Virus record (IMG/VR): IMGVR_UViG_3300026549_000050
Coordinates: 51,302-115,301 of that record
DNA: 64,000 bases
Strand: one strand, 5' to 3'
DNA from: a virus
Taxonomy: Duplodnaviria > Caudoviricetes
The translations under genes and the position numbers were made by a program. This document shows positions 40,635 through 50,781 of the stretch, one piece after another. Every line of letters begins with the position of its first letter. The first letter of the stretch is position 1. The notes below the pieces were generated by a model that was not told the DNA's origin, ran no database searches, and saw only the letters and a program-made list of their open reading frames with translations.

Positions 40635-41708
40635 TTACTCCCAATTTACCGTTTTGCTTTTCTTTTTCTTTTTCGGTGGCATTTTCGCCCAGATAAGAAA
40701 GTCTTTCGCACGGGTGGCGGCAACGTAGCACAGGCGCGCTTCATCGTCGTTATATGCGCGGATATTATAAACCAATACATATGGTGATTCTAACCCTTTC
40801 GCCGAATGAGCTGTTAATACCTTTACTGTATTTTCTTTCAATCGTTCTTCAATTTGAGAACTTGTTAATTCTGCTTGTCTGAATGTATCTGTTGGAATAT
40901 CTTGTTCTTGAAGTAAATGGATAAATAAATCTATATCTGCGTTGGTTCTACATAAAACAAACCAATCTTTCCATTCGGTATTCAATCTTTCCTTATTCAT
41001 TAAAAGTGATTGTACGGCTTCGCTTGGTGTATAATTTCCTTCTAACACGTGCGGCCGCCCATCAGTTTGTCTCATGGCGATAGATTCGTCTTCGTAGTCA
41101 GGACCAAGTCTGTATAAAAACTTTTTTGCAAAACGTAATATATCTGGTAGATTTCTCCAGTTCTGTCTCATTTCATAGACCGTTACATCATTTTGATAGT
41201 ATAGGTCAATTAAGTATTGTGGATATGACCCATTGAATGAAAAAATCGTTTGTTTGATGTCGCCGACATACATATAGTTATCTGGATTGATAAGTTCAAA
41301 AAATTGAAATTGTTGTTTTGTTGAATCCTGTGCTTCGTCAAGTAAAAGAAATTCAATAGGCTTAATACAACTTGGATTTTTTTGAATTTCTTCAAATAAG
41401 TCATCAAATCGTTCTTGTTGTATTATATCGCTTGTGTCTATGGCGCCGCCGCGGAGTAAGTAATTCGCATACGAATGTACCGTGCCAATGAAAAGTCCAT
41501 TTGGATTTCCTAATCTTTCATACATAACCGACGCTGCATTGTTGGTAAAAGTAATCGCCACAATCTTCGAAGGGTCTACACCTTGTTCGAGTAAATAACG
41601 AATACGCTCTACTATTACCGCAGATTTACCACTGGCCGCGCTACTAAGTACAAGCACCTTCGGTTTTTCTGTTTCAATAATTTGTTTTTGCACTTGTGTT
41701 AATTCCAT
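40635..41708 (-). CDS. Compact UvrD/Rep-like SF1 helicase
   Basis: AASGKS, ITFTN, DEAQD, GDIKQTIF, TAHSAKGLE, YVAATRA. Confidence 0.85.
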   Translation of the reverse strand: MELTQVQKQIIETEKPKVLVLSSAASGKSAVIVERIRYLLEQGVDPSKIVAITFTNNAASVMYERLGNPNGLFIGTVHSYANYLLRGGAIDTSDIIQQERFDDLFEEIQKNPSCIKPIEFLLLDEAQDSTKQQFQFFELINPDNYMYVGDIKQTIFSFNGSYPQYLIDLYYQNDVTVYEMRQNWRNLPDILRFAKKFLYRLGPDYEDESIAMRQTDGRPHVLEGNYTPSEAVQSLLMNKERLNTEWKDWFVLCRTNADIDLFIHLLQEQDIPTDTFRQAELTSSQIEERLKENTVKVLTAHSAKGLESPYVLVYNIRAYNDDEARLCYVAATRAKDFLIWAKMPPKKKKKSKTVNWE

Positions 41709-41751
41709 TTTTCCTCCTTGCCCTGTCGGGCCTCGCTGTCGCGAGAATTAT

Positions 41752-42732
41752 TTATTTTTTATCGCCAGATATGCTATTTAGACCATAGTTCTTACTATCA
41801 TAGAAATCTATATAGTACGATTCTCTTTCTCTTAGTTTATCTTTAGGTACTTCCTCTAAAACCTCGAAATAGAAGTTTTCACATCCGTCTTGCGCCATAA
41901 CTCTATGAAGTTGACTTGAAGCTAAAGTCCCAACGCCTAATGCTGACTTAACGTGGTCGCTGAATCTTGAGCTCGTGTTAACAGCCTGTCCTATATATAC
42001 CTCACCCGTCTTTATTCTTGTAATCTTATATACGCCTGGACCTTCTACTGCAACTCTTTTTCTAAGTTCTGCAAGCGGTTTCTGATAATAACCCGTCCAA
42101 ATAACTTTATTGACTGCTTCCGGATGTCTAAGCCTCGGCGCGACACTTCGTAAAATCTCAACGTCATCCTTATCGTTTGGGTCTAGCTGTATCCGATAAA
42201 AGTCTTGCTGTTCTTCGAGGGCGCGCTGGCGTAAAATCTCTTCATTAACCGCGGCGCGCTTTCTACGTTCTTCTTCTAATTCTTCTCGTATTTTAGTAAG
42301 CTCTTCATTTGTTTGACCAATTGCTATAATTTTTGAATTTATATCTTTGTTAGCTCGTCCGATTAAAATTGTTCGATAGTTGTCTACTGCATTATCTACA
42401 ATCAAACGTTTACGCTCTTCGTATTCGGCGCCCGCGCTATCAATTTCTTTAAGTCTACCCTTTCGATATACTTCTAAATCTTGATTGATTTCTTCATAGC
42501 GACTTTCTTTCTCTGCCAGAACACATTGTAATTTGCTAAGTTCTCCTTTTAACTCTGCGCGCCTTACCTCAAATTTGTTTGTTTCTTCCTTGAAGTATTC
42601 TTTTAATTCTTCTTGTTCTAAATTTTCTAACTTCTCTATTTGTTTTGTTAAAGATTTAATATTTCGTATTGCTAATATAATAATACTAATACAACAAAGA
42701 AAAATAATACAAAAAATTAAATAATAATTCAT
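41752..42732 (-). CDS. Membrane-anchored coiled-coil protein with C-terminal GIY-YIG nuclease domain
   Basis: Hydrophobic N-terminus, long coiled coil, GVYKIT...VYIGQA...R...E motif. Confidence 0.7.
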   Translation of the reverse strand: MNYYLIFCIIFLCCISIIILAIRNIKSLTKQIEKLENLEQEELKEYFKEETNKFEVRRAELKGELSKLQCVLAEKESRYEEINQDLEVYRKGRLKEIDSAGAEYEERKRLIVDNAVDNYRTILIGRANKDINSKIIAIGQTNEELTKIREELEEERRKRAAVNEEILRQRALEEQQDFYRIQLDPNDKDDVEILRSVAPRLRHPEAVNKVIWTGYYQKPLAELRKRVAVEGPGVYKITRIKTGEVYIGQAVNTSSRFSDHVKSALGVGTLASSQLHRVMAQDGCENFYFEVLEEVPKDKLRERESYYIDFYDSKNYGLNSISGDKK

Positions 42733-42787
42733 ATTAAATCCTCTTATATATATTTTTTATTTTTTAGTTTTTCTCTCTCTCTATTAT

Positions 42788-42817
42788 ATTCTATCAATTT
42801 TATTGGCTTTTTGTCAA
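42788..42817 (-). promoter_or_regulatory. sigmaA-type promoter
   Basis: TTGACA-18-TAGAAT with TGA extension. Confidence 0.6.
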
Positions 42818-43204
42818 ATTTTGAAAGCGTTGCCAATCCATGTCATTCTTCCACCTGTTTCTGGCACGAAACTTTTCTTGAAAAATGTCAGAAGCAGAGC
42901 GCAAATTATCAATCTCCCAGTAGGGTATTATGTAAAGTGGTATTCCGCGTGAGAGACAATAACTAATTTTACACCTGTCTCTCTCTTGTGCTGTTTTGAA
43001 CTCGGCGCGCGTGCCATAAAATTTGCGATTAGACACATAGTGCTGCGCCCCGTTCACTTCTACGATGGCTCGGCCGCCCTCGACGGCAACGTAGAAGTCA
43101 AACCTATACTTTCCTTTTTTAAGGTCAGTAAATCTTTTTTCACGCTCAAATTTAATTTTATCTTTCTGTAAAAGACTTATAATTTTCTCTTCATAACTAC
43201 TCAT
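42800..43204 (-). CDS. Vsr/DUF559-like PD-(D/E)xK endonuclease
   Basis: YRFDFYV...IVEVNGAQHY...ERDRCKISYC...IPYW. Confidence 0.7.
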   Translation of the reverse strand: MSSYEEKIISLLQKDKIKFEREKRFTDLKKGKYRFDFYVAVEGGRAIVEVNGAQHYVSNRKFYGTRAEFKTAQERDRCKISYCLSRGIPLYIIPYWEIDNLRSASDIFQEKFRARNRWKNDMDWQRFQNLTKSQ

Positions 43205-43285
43205 AATTTATCCTCCTTAAAGAAGTAGAGTCTCAATGGTCAAACTCTACTTACCTCTGAAGAGAATGTTCCTAAGCGGAATTAA

Positions 43286-43753
43286 ATGGAGGAAAAGTCA
43301 ATGACAGTTGAACAATTAAACCTATTAGCTGAAACAGGAGCTATTGGTTTTATTATAATTTTACTTGGAATGATTAAAATTCCCAAATTAGAATTAAATA
43401 TATGGTCGTGGATTGGTCGAGGTTTTGGTAGAGCAATAAACGGAGAAATAATTGAAGAAGTTAGAAAAATTGATATGAAGCTTGATAATCATATCAAATA
43501 CGAAGAAGTGGAACATATTAGAAACGTGCGTCAACGCATTCTTCGTTTTAGTGATGAAATTTTAATGGGTAAAAAACATTCTAAGGAACATTTTGATGAA
43601 ATTTTATCAGATATTGATGTTTATGAAAGATACTGCGATGAGCATACCGATTATATAAATAATAAAGCAGTTTTATCAATAGAAACGATAAAAGATGTAT
43701 ATAATGATTGTTTAGTTAGTCATGGTTTTGTTACTTATAACAAAAAGAATTAG
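43286..43753 (+). CDS. Membrane-anchored phage protein (holin-associated family)
   Basis: N-terminal TM, RILRFSDE...HSKEHFDEIL motif; probable start at 43301. Confidence 0.55.
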   Translation: MEEKSMTVEQLNLLAETGAIGFIIILLGMIKIPKLELNIWSWIGRGFGRAINGEIIEEVRKIDMKLDNHIKYEEVEHIRNVRQRILRFSDEILMGKKHSKEHFDEILSDIDVYERYCDEHTDYINNKAVLSIETIKDVYNDCLVSHGFVTYNKKN

Positions 43754-43779
43754 ACAAATTTAAAAGGAGTTAAAAGGAT

Positions 43780-44835
43780 ATGGGAGACTTTACTGGTTTC
43801 TGGTTTAATGGAGTACACAGCTCTGAGTTAGGGATTACAAGAGTTAGTGGAGGAGACAGATATAAAGAAGAGTTGTCTCCAGAAATTAATGATATAAGTG
43901 TAGAAATACCTGGAATGGATGGTGAGTATTATTTTGGTAGTCAATTTGGTACTCGCCAGTTTTCTATTGAAATTGCTTATGATTCTATGACAGAAAAGCA
44001 ATTTAGAAAAATAAGTCGAATTTTTCATCAAAAAACAATTGGTGAATTAATTTTTGATGAAAGACCCTATAAAAAATATTTAGTAAAAATTGAAAGCCCA
44101 ATTGAGTTATCTTATGTGTGCTTTGATGAGCCAAAAAAAGTTGAGGTTAATTTTAACGGTATCTATGGCCCCACAACAGTATGGGAGGAAACCGATGGAA
44201 CAGAACGTATTTATAAAGGAGAAGGCAGTATTGAATTTGTAGCTTATTATCCTTTTGCGAAATCAACTAAAAAGGCTTTAGATAGTGCAGACATGAGTAG
44301 TGATTGGGCTATTTCTAGTGGAATTTTATCCACAAATGAAAAAAATAAATTTTATATAGATACAATTATCACTGAACGCACCGAGATTGAAGATACTGAA
44401 TTAGTATATGAGGTTCCAGATGGCGCCTCTTGTATTATACCTCTATATAATCCAGGTGATTTTCAGACCGGTTTTGTTTTGTATGTACCTTATGCTGACG
44501 GTGTAAATACTTACCAAGTGGAATTAACTCTGTCAGATGGTTTGGGTAGCTTATCTACCTCAGAATTTACAATAAATACAGAAGATACGTCAAATGAGAT
44601 AGGTTTTATTGTTAATTCTGGTAATGGTTTGATAGAGGGAGTTAATTCCTTTAATGAAGGAGAGTGGACTACTTCGGGAAAAATTTATAATAAATATATA
44701 AACAATGGAACTTTTTTTAAAATTCCTATGACAGAAGAAATTTCAGATACGGAATTACCTTTAACTCTTATTATTAAAATTGTTGGTCAGGCGCCAAGTG
44801 AGTTAGAAATAGCATATTATTATTTATACTTATAG
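43780..44835 (+). CDS. Distal tail protein (Dit-like)
   Basis: FTGFWFNGVHSSELGI, IPGMDGEYYFGS, ELIFDERPYKKY, FVAYYPFA motifs. Confidence 0.75.
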   Translation: MGDFTGFWFNGVHSSELGITRVSGGDRYKEELSPEINDISVEIPGMDGEYYFGSQFGTRQFSIEIAYDSMTEKQFRKISRIFHQKTIGELIFDERPYKKYLVKIESPIELSYVCFDEPKKVEVNFNGIYGPTTVWEETDGTERIYKGEGSIEFVAYYPFAKSTKKALDSADMSSDWAISSGILSTNEKNKFYIDTIITERTEIEDTELVYEVPDGASCIIPLYNPGDFQTGFVLYVPYADGVNTYQVELTLSDGLGSLSTSEFTINTEDTSNEIGFIVNSGNGLIEGVNSFNEGEWTTSGKIYNKYINNGTFFKIPMTEEISDTELPLTLIIKIVGQAPSELEIAYYYLYL

Positions 44836-44844
44836 GAGAAAATT

Positions 44845-47800
44845 ATGGGTGATATTTTAAGGAAACCCTACGAGATTTCCGTTTGGGAAGACGTATTAGT
44901 AACTGAAAATGATGTTACTTATTATAAAGAAAATAAAATAGCGGTAATTGGTTCAGATACTATGGATTCTCCTAATCGAGTATATGATCCGGTGTTGCAA
45001 AAAAGCATAAATGGAGAGGTCACTTTGACCTTTTCTTTAAAGTACAAATATTATGATCCTCAAACAGAACAAATGGTACACAATCCATTTGAGTCTTATT
45101 TAATAAACGAAAGAAAAGTAAAGCTTTTTTATGATGACGAATGGTATGATTTTATTATTCGCAATCATGAAGAAACAGATGGTGAATATGAGTGGTCTTA
45201 TACGTTACAAGATGCTTTTATATTAGAATTATCTAAAAATGGTTATAATATAGAGTTAGCTCAAGAACTTGGTAATAATCAGGGTACAGCAACGCAATTA
45301 GCCAAGACAGCTTTAAAAGATACAGATTGGATAGTTGATGAAGAGCATAGCTCAATTTTAAAACAATTATTAGATGAACCTATTTATCATGCTGTTTTGG
45401 GCGCGGACCTTGAAGGAATTGAAATTATTAATGTTAGTGGAGATGGTAGTCCAATACCAGAGGCCGGTTCAGAGGTTTATGTTTTTTATAGCTATGTCGC
45501 TGGAAAAAATGGAGATTTCGTTCAAATTATTCAACCCTCTGAAGAAGAACTTAATCGCCCCAATACTAATGGATTAACTGGTATTGATGATAGGGGTAAT
45601 ATATTAACAGCTAATTTTAGAATTAATACTCCTTTAATTTTTGATGATACTGATGGGCAAGCAAAATTTAAAGCCATGGTTAATGAACAAGAAAAAATTG
45701 TTTTAACTATTGGAGTAATAGAAACTCAATATCATGCTTATCGTTTAGTTTATAATCAGTTAACAACATATGATAATGTTATGAAAAGAACTGTGGAACT
45801 ATTAAATGTAGAGCCTAATGATATTGCATACAGATATAAAGATTATACTTATTCTACTTCTGATGTAGTTGTCCCTTATGTAACCAATGGAGATAATTTT
45901 GAATTATATTCTGATGGAAGGTTACAGGGTTGGTCAGAGTTTACTGATTGTACCGGAGACTTAAACCAATTAAATGTAATTGTTTTTCCACAAATTGAAA
46001 GTGGTATTAGATTAGTAGATTTAACTCAATATGCTCAAAATGAAGCATATTTGAAAATTAAATTTAAAGGAATTAATTCTGGTAATTATAAGAATACAAT
46101 ATTCAATAGTGGTATTGAAGATAACGCTTCATTAATTGGCTCTATCGCGCGTGGGCAGAAGTTTTTATTCAGATGGCGCGCGGGGATGACAAGCACTGAA
46201 GATAAAAATATAGGTCCTTTAGGTAGTAATCAGTTTGGTGCAATAGTAGCAAAATATAAAACTAAGTTAAGCGCAAATCAAGAATATTATATTTCTGTAA
46301 TTGACCCAGACGGTATTATTTTACACTTCAACGGAGAAGAACAAGTTTTAAATAATTACATTAAGACTGGTAACTTTGACCAAGAAGGTCAATATATAGT
46401 TGATAACGTAGTTCAAACTCCTTCAACGAAGTATATTTATATAGATAAAGATGATACAACCGAACCTAAACGAGAATATATTTGGAATAGAGAAACTCAA
46501 GCTTATGAGCTTAAAAACAATAAGTTTTTAGATTATCGCTATTTAACTGCAGAAGCTTTACAGTCTGTTTCTAATGCTGAATTAATTGACCCAACTACAC
46601 AAATTGGTATTTTTATTTACTTACGTGGAAACGCAAATATTAATAGGTGGTATTATGTGCAAGACGTACAATTAACTAAATATTTTGAAGATGCGCAGCA
46701 CATACCGGTGACTGTTGGAAATATTCCTACCGCCACCTCAACAGAAACAACTTATTATTATTTAAAACCAAAAGAGGGCCAAACTGAAACAGATGTGGAG
46801 TTATATACTTCACTTGAAGCATTCGCGCGCTCATTAGGCGTTTCTACGGATAAAATTACTTTAGCTTATAATGAAAATTCTGAAAAGATGTTAACAATTA
46901 GTGAATCTCATTCTAATTGTTTTAATATTTTACAATCAATCGCAGAAACATTTGAGGCTTGGTTAAAGATTCAAGTTGAACATGAAAACGATGGGTCTAT
47001 TAAACTAGATGAAAATAAAAAACCAATTAAGAAGATTTTATTTAAAGATTTTGCCGGCAGTGAAAATTATGCTGGTTTTAAATATGGAACTAACTTAAAA
47101 TCTATTACTCGCACGATTGATAGCGATGAAATTATTACCAAATTAATAGTCGATCAGGCGCAATCTGATTATGTAGACAAAGGTATAGTTTCTATTCAAG
47201 ATGCAAAAAGTAATGCTAGTGGTGAATCTTATATATTTAATTTTGATTATTTCTATAACAATGGTTTAATGGATATAGAGTTATCCAGACCAAAAGTTGA
47301 GCAATTTAATTTATCTATGAGATTATTAAATAATCAATTGAATGAATTAAATAAAACAAAAGCAGATTTAGAAATGTCTTTAATCAAAATTAATAGCACG
47401 CGAACAGATATTACTACACTTATTGAAACTGCGAAACAAAATATTAATATAGGTAGAACTGATTTCAAAAAAACAACTGGTCAAGATTATGACGAATATC
47501 AAAAATTAAACATTACAGAAGATACTTATGTACTTACTACCGATGAAACTGTAGACCCGTATAAAACTTATTATGTTAAAAATGGGACAAAATATCAACC
47601 CGTATCTAAACCGGCACCGACTGATAATCCTAAGACAAAGGGTTGGTATATAAAGGTACTAGATTTATTAGCTGATGATAAAATTGTAGAATTAATTGGT
47701 GAAATTTATGTTAATTCTACAATGATTAATAACTATAGCGGTTTATTGACCAATATAGAGAAAGAATATAATGACTTAAATCTTCAGCTACATGGTACTC

Positions 47801-50781
47801 CAGAATATAGTTTTACCGTTTCGTTGGTAGATAATTATGTGCGTTTATATTTAAGTGATTATGTTATACCTTTTAAATTTACCTATAATGGAATTGAATA
47901 TTATACTGATGTAAATAGAAAAGCTTTTGATGATTTATATTATATAGCAGGTCAAGAAATTAATATAACAGAATTTTTACCTGGATATAAAATTTATACA
48001 TCAGACGGTTCAGAATTGGTTGGCGGTATTGCAATTGACCCCGATAGAGTACAAAAATTTAAACTAAAAGCCATAAATGAAGTTCAAGGTTACGACCAAG
48101 AAATTCAAAAATGTTTAGATAGAAAAAATGAATTAGCTAAAGATTTTTATAAGCGTTTTAGCCGTTTTGTTCAAGAGGGAACTTGGAGTTCTACTAACTA
48201 TACTAATTCCGACTTATATTACTTAGATGCGATGCAAGTAAGTAATGTATCTTCCAAACCAAAAATTAGCTATTCTATTGATGTAGTTGAAATTAGCGCA
48301 TTAGAAGGATTTGAAAATTATAATTTTGATGTTGGAGACAGAACTTGGATTGAAGATGAAGAGTTTTTTGGTTGGAATCCATTACTACAAGCTCCAATTA
48401 AAGAAGAAGTAATTGTGTCTGAGGTCGAGTGGCACTTAGATGAACCACAAGACAATACTGTTACAATTCAAAACTATAAAACTCAATTTGAAGATTTATT
48501 TCAGCGAATTAATGCTACAGTTCAAATGGCGCAATATAATGAAGTTTCTTTTGCTAAGACAAGTTCTATTGTTAATATTGATGGAGCCTTAAGGCAAGAA
48601 ATATTAATTAATGCTTTGAATGATGTAGCAGGTCAAAAATATAATTTAGCAAGTGATGGTTCGATATATGTTGAAGGAGACAATATATATGTTCAAAATT
48701 TGCTTAATCCTCGTAATCGTGTTATAATTAATAGTGAAGGAATCCGCGTCTCTGACGATGGCGGTGTAACTTGGACCACCGCAGTGAGCGGCCGCGGTGT
48801 AAACGCAGGAACAATTTATACTGGTTCAATTAACACTGATGAAGTTGTAATTGGTGGAGCTAGTAATCCAGCATTTCGTTGGGATAAATATGGTTTAAGT
48901 GCGTATAGAAGCGACAAAGAAGGCGTATATGATTTAAAATCATATGTACGTTTTGACGAGTACGGTTTATACGGTATAAAAGATGGTGCTGATTTTAGAG
49001 CTGTAGACTTAGCAGATATAGAAAGAAAAGCACATTTTGGTCTTACTTGGAATGGTTTTTTCATTAAAAACTCTTACACAGATGGTAGGGTTGAAATTAC
49101 TTCTGATAACGATTTTAGAGTTATACAGACAGTTGACGAAGAAGAACATGAGCGTATCAAAATAGGTGCTTTAGATTTTGACGAGGATGGAAATCCTATA
49201 AGATATGGAATTAATATTAATCGTACCGTTTGGAATGAAGAATTACAAAAATTTGAAGATAAGCCTGCTTTTACTACTGGAAACGATGGTAATATTACAA
49301 TTACTGGTACTATCAATGCATTAGGCGGTAATTTTTCCGAATTAGTAACTGTTGGTAAGCAAGACGGTGATAATCCGCCACCTTGGATTAATATTGATGG
49401 TGCTAATGCTGTAATAGGTAGCTCAAATTATGGCGCAACTACAGGCTGGTCTATTGAGGCAGACGGTTCTGCTACTTTTAATAACGTTTCAGTACGTGGA
49501 GCAATTAAAACTGCCACTTTTGAATATGCTGAGATTCAAGCTGTGGGTGGAGCATTTTTATTCCGTCCTAGCAGTGCTATTACTGCGGCTGAAGTTGTCG
49601 AAGTTGAAGAGACCGGCGCGCCTACGAGATATGACTTAATAGTAAGTGTAGAAAAGATTAGACTATTTAATGTAAATGACTGGTGTAAAATTAGTAATTA
49701 TTCAGATAATCCAGCCACAATAGAAGAATTAACTAGCTTAGGTTTAAAACATATTTATCCAATTACCAGAATTGAAAATGAGCAAATTATTTTTGAAAAT
49801 GTAGATAGCTCACTCTATGACAATCAACATTTGTTAGTGGGTGGCTGCCTAATTTCAATGGGTCATTATGAAAATGGAATAACTACACAAAACTATGGAA
49901 TTGGAATTAATAGTTCTGATAATTATGTGAATTTACCAAGAAGAGCTATTAGTTTATTTGAAACTGAAGTACGGCCAACAGATGAAGCTAAAGTTAGTTA
50001 TCAAATGCGAGGTATTTTAGGAACTTTACCTCAGGCTGAAACTTTAAACTTTACCGCTGGTTCGCTTTACGAGCAACATATGGAGAATACCCAAGGTATA
50101 TATACAGACAATATGTACATTGGTAATGAAGACCAGTATATTACTTTTTATACAGACCAAAATGATAATAAAAAACATTTAAAGATTAGTGCTAGAGATA
50201 TAGTTTATGAAGTAAAAGATGGTCAAGAAATTAGTTGGAATGAGCATATTGAAAATATTGCTGATGAAGAGGTAGGTAAAGAGTTTGATAATAGATTAAA
50301 ATATTTCTGGCAAAACTTAGAGGGTACTCCAACATATCCTGCCGGTACTTATATGGCGGGCGGTCTTGAAAAAGAAGAGCCACCAGTTATTTTCGATAAA
50401 ACAAAAGTAGAGACTTATGGTTATAATACTTTTATGGATAATACTTCTTTAAACTTTAGATATAATGATGAAGTATTAACAAAAATTGGTAAAGATGGTA
50501 TTATATTAGGCGATCAAGCTGCTTTACATTTACAAATTACATCTGATAAAATTGCCTTTTTAAATGGGCAAGACACAGAGCCAGTAAGTTATATTGAGAG
50601 TAATAAATTATACATACCATACTCAGTTGTGCTTAATGAAATGCAAATGGGTGAAGAAATAGTTGAAGACCCTGTTACCGGCGAGGACATAAAAACTCCT
50701 TTATGGGCTTGGAAAACAATGCCAGATAGACACTTAAGATTAGTATGGTTAGGTAAAGAAACGGAGGAAAACAATGACTAA
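44845..50781 (+). CDS. Large baseplate hub/tail-associated protein (Tal-like, 1978 aa)
   Basis: Follows Dit; NGEVTLTFSL, GTNLKSITRTIDS, FVQEGTW, NYKTQFEDLFQRI; beta-rich C-terminus. Confidence 0.7.
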   Translation: MGDILRKPYEISVWEDVLVTENDVTYYKENKIAVIGSDTMDSPNRVYDPVLQKSINGEVTLTFSLKYKYYDPQTEQMVHNPFESYLINERKVKLFYDDEWYDFIIRNHEETDGEYEWSYTLQDAFILELSKNGYNIELAQELGNNQGTATQLAKTALKDTDWIVDEEHSSILKQLLDEPIYHAVLGADLEGIEIINVSGDGSPIPEAGSEVYVFYSYVAGKNGDFVQIIQPSEEELNRPNTNGLTGIDDRGNILTANFRINTPLIFDDTDGQAKFKAMVNEQEKIVLTIGVIETQYHAYRLVYNQLTTYDNVMKRTVELLNVEPNDIAYRYKDYTYSTSDVVVPYVTNGDNFELYSDGRLQGWSEFTDCTGDLNQLNVIVFPQIESGIRLVDLTQYAQNEAYLKIKFKGINSGNYKNTIFNSGIEDNASLIGSIARGQKFLFRWRAGMTSTEDKNIGPLGSNQFGAIVAKYKTKLSANQEYYISVIDPDGIILHFNGEEQVLNNYIKTGNFDQEGQYIVDNVVQTPSTKYIYIDKDDTTEPKREYIWNRETQAYELKNNKFLDYRYLTAEALQSVSNAELIDPTTQIGIFIYLRGNANINRWYYVQDVQLTKYFEDAQHIPVTVGNIPTATSTETTYYYLKPKEGQTETDVELYTSLEAFARSLGVSTDKITLAYNENSEKMLTISESHSNCFNILQSIAETFEAWLKIQVEHENDGSIKLDENKKPIKKILFKDFAGSENYAGFKYGTNLKSITRTIDSDEIITKLIVDQAQSDYVDKGIVSIQDAKSNASGESYIFNFDYFYNNGLMDIELSRPKVEQFNLSMRLLNNQLNELNKTKADLEMSLIKINSTRTDITTLIETAKQNINIGRTDFKKTTGQDYDEYQKLNITEDTYVLTTDETVDPYKTYYVKNGTKYQPVSKPAPTDNPKTKGWYIKVLDLLADDKIVELIGEIYVNSTMINNYSGLLTNIEKEYNDLNLQLHGTPEYSFTVSLVDNYVRLYLSDYVIPFKFTYNGIEYYTDVNRKAFDDLYYIAGQEINITEFLPGYKIYTSDGSELVGGIAIDPDRVQKFKLKAINEVQGYDQEIQKCLDRKNELAKDFYKRFSRFVQEGTWSSTNYTNSDLYYLDAMQVSNVSSKPKISYSIDVVEISALEGFENYNFDVGDRTWIEDEEFFGWNPLLQAPIKEEVIVSEVEWHLDEPQDNTVTIQNYKTQFEDLFQRINATVQMAQYNEVSFAKTSSIVNIDGALRQEILINALNDVAGQKYNLASDGSIYVEGDNIYVQNLLNPRNRVIINSEGIRVSDDGGVTWTTAVSGRGVNAGTIYTGSINTDEVVIGGASNPAFRWDKYGLSAYRSDKEGVYDLKSYVRFDEYGLYGIKDGADFRAVDLADIERKAHFGLTWNGFFIKNSYTDGRVEITSDNDFRVIQTVDEEEHERIKIGALDFDEDGNPIRYGININRTVWNEELQKFEDKPAFTTGNDGNITITGTINALGGNFSELVTVGKQDGDNPPPWINIDGANAVIGSSNYGATTGWSIEADGSATFNNVSVRGAIKTATFEYAEIQAVGGAFLFRPSSAITAAEVVEVEETGAPTRYDLIVSVEKIRLFNVNDWCKISNYSDNPATIEELTSLGLKHIYPITRIENEQIIFENVDSSLYDNQHLLVGGCLISMGHYENGITTQNYGIGINSSDNYVNLPRRAISLFETEVRPTDEAKVSYQMRGILGTLPQAETLNFTAGSLYEQHMENTQGIYTDNMYIGNEDQYITFYTDQNDNKKHLKISARDIVYEVKDGQEISWNEHIENIADEEVGKEFDNRLKYFWQNLEGTPTYPAGTYMAGGLEKEEPPVIFDKTKVETYGYNTFMDNTSLNFRYNDEVLTKIGKDGIILGDQAALHLQITSDKIAFLNGQDTEPVSYIESNKLYIPYSVVLNEMQMGEEIVEDPVTGEDIKTPLWAWKTMPDRHLRLVWLGKETEENND

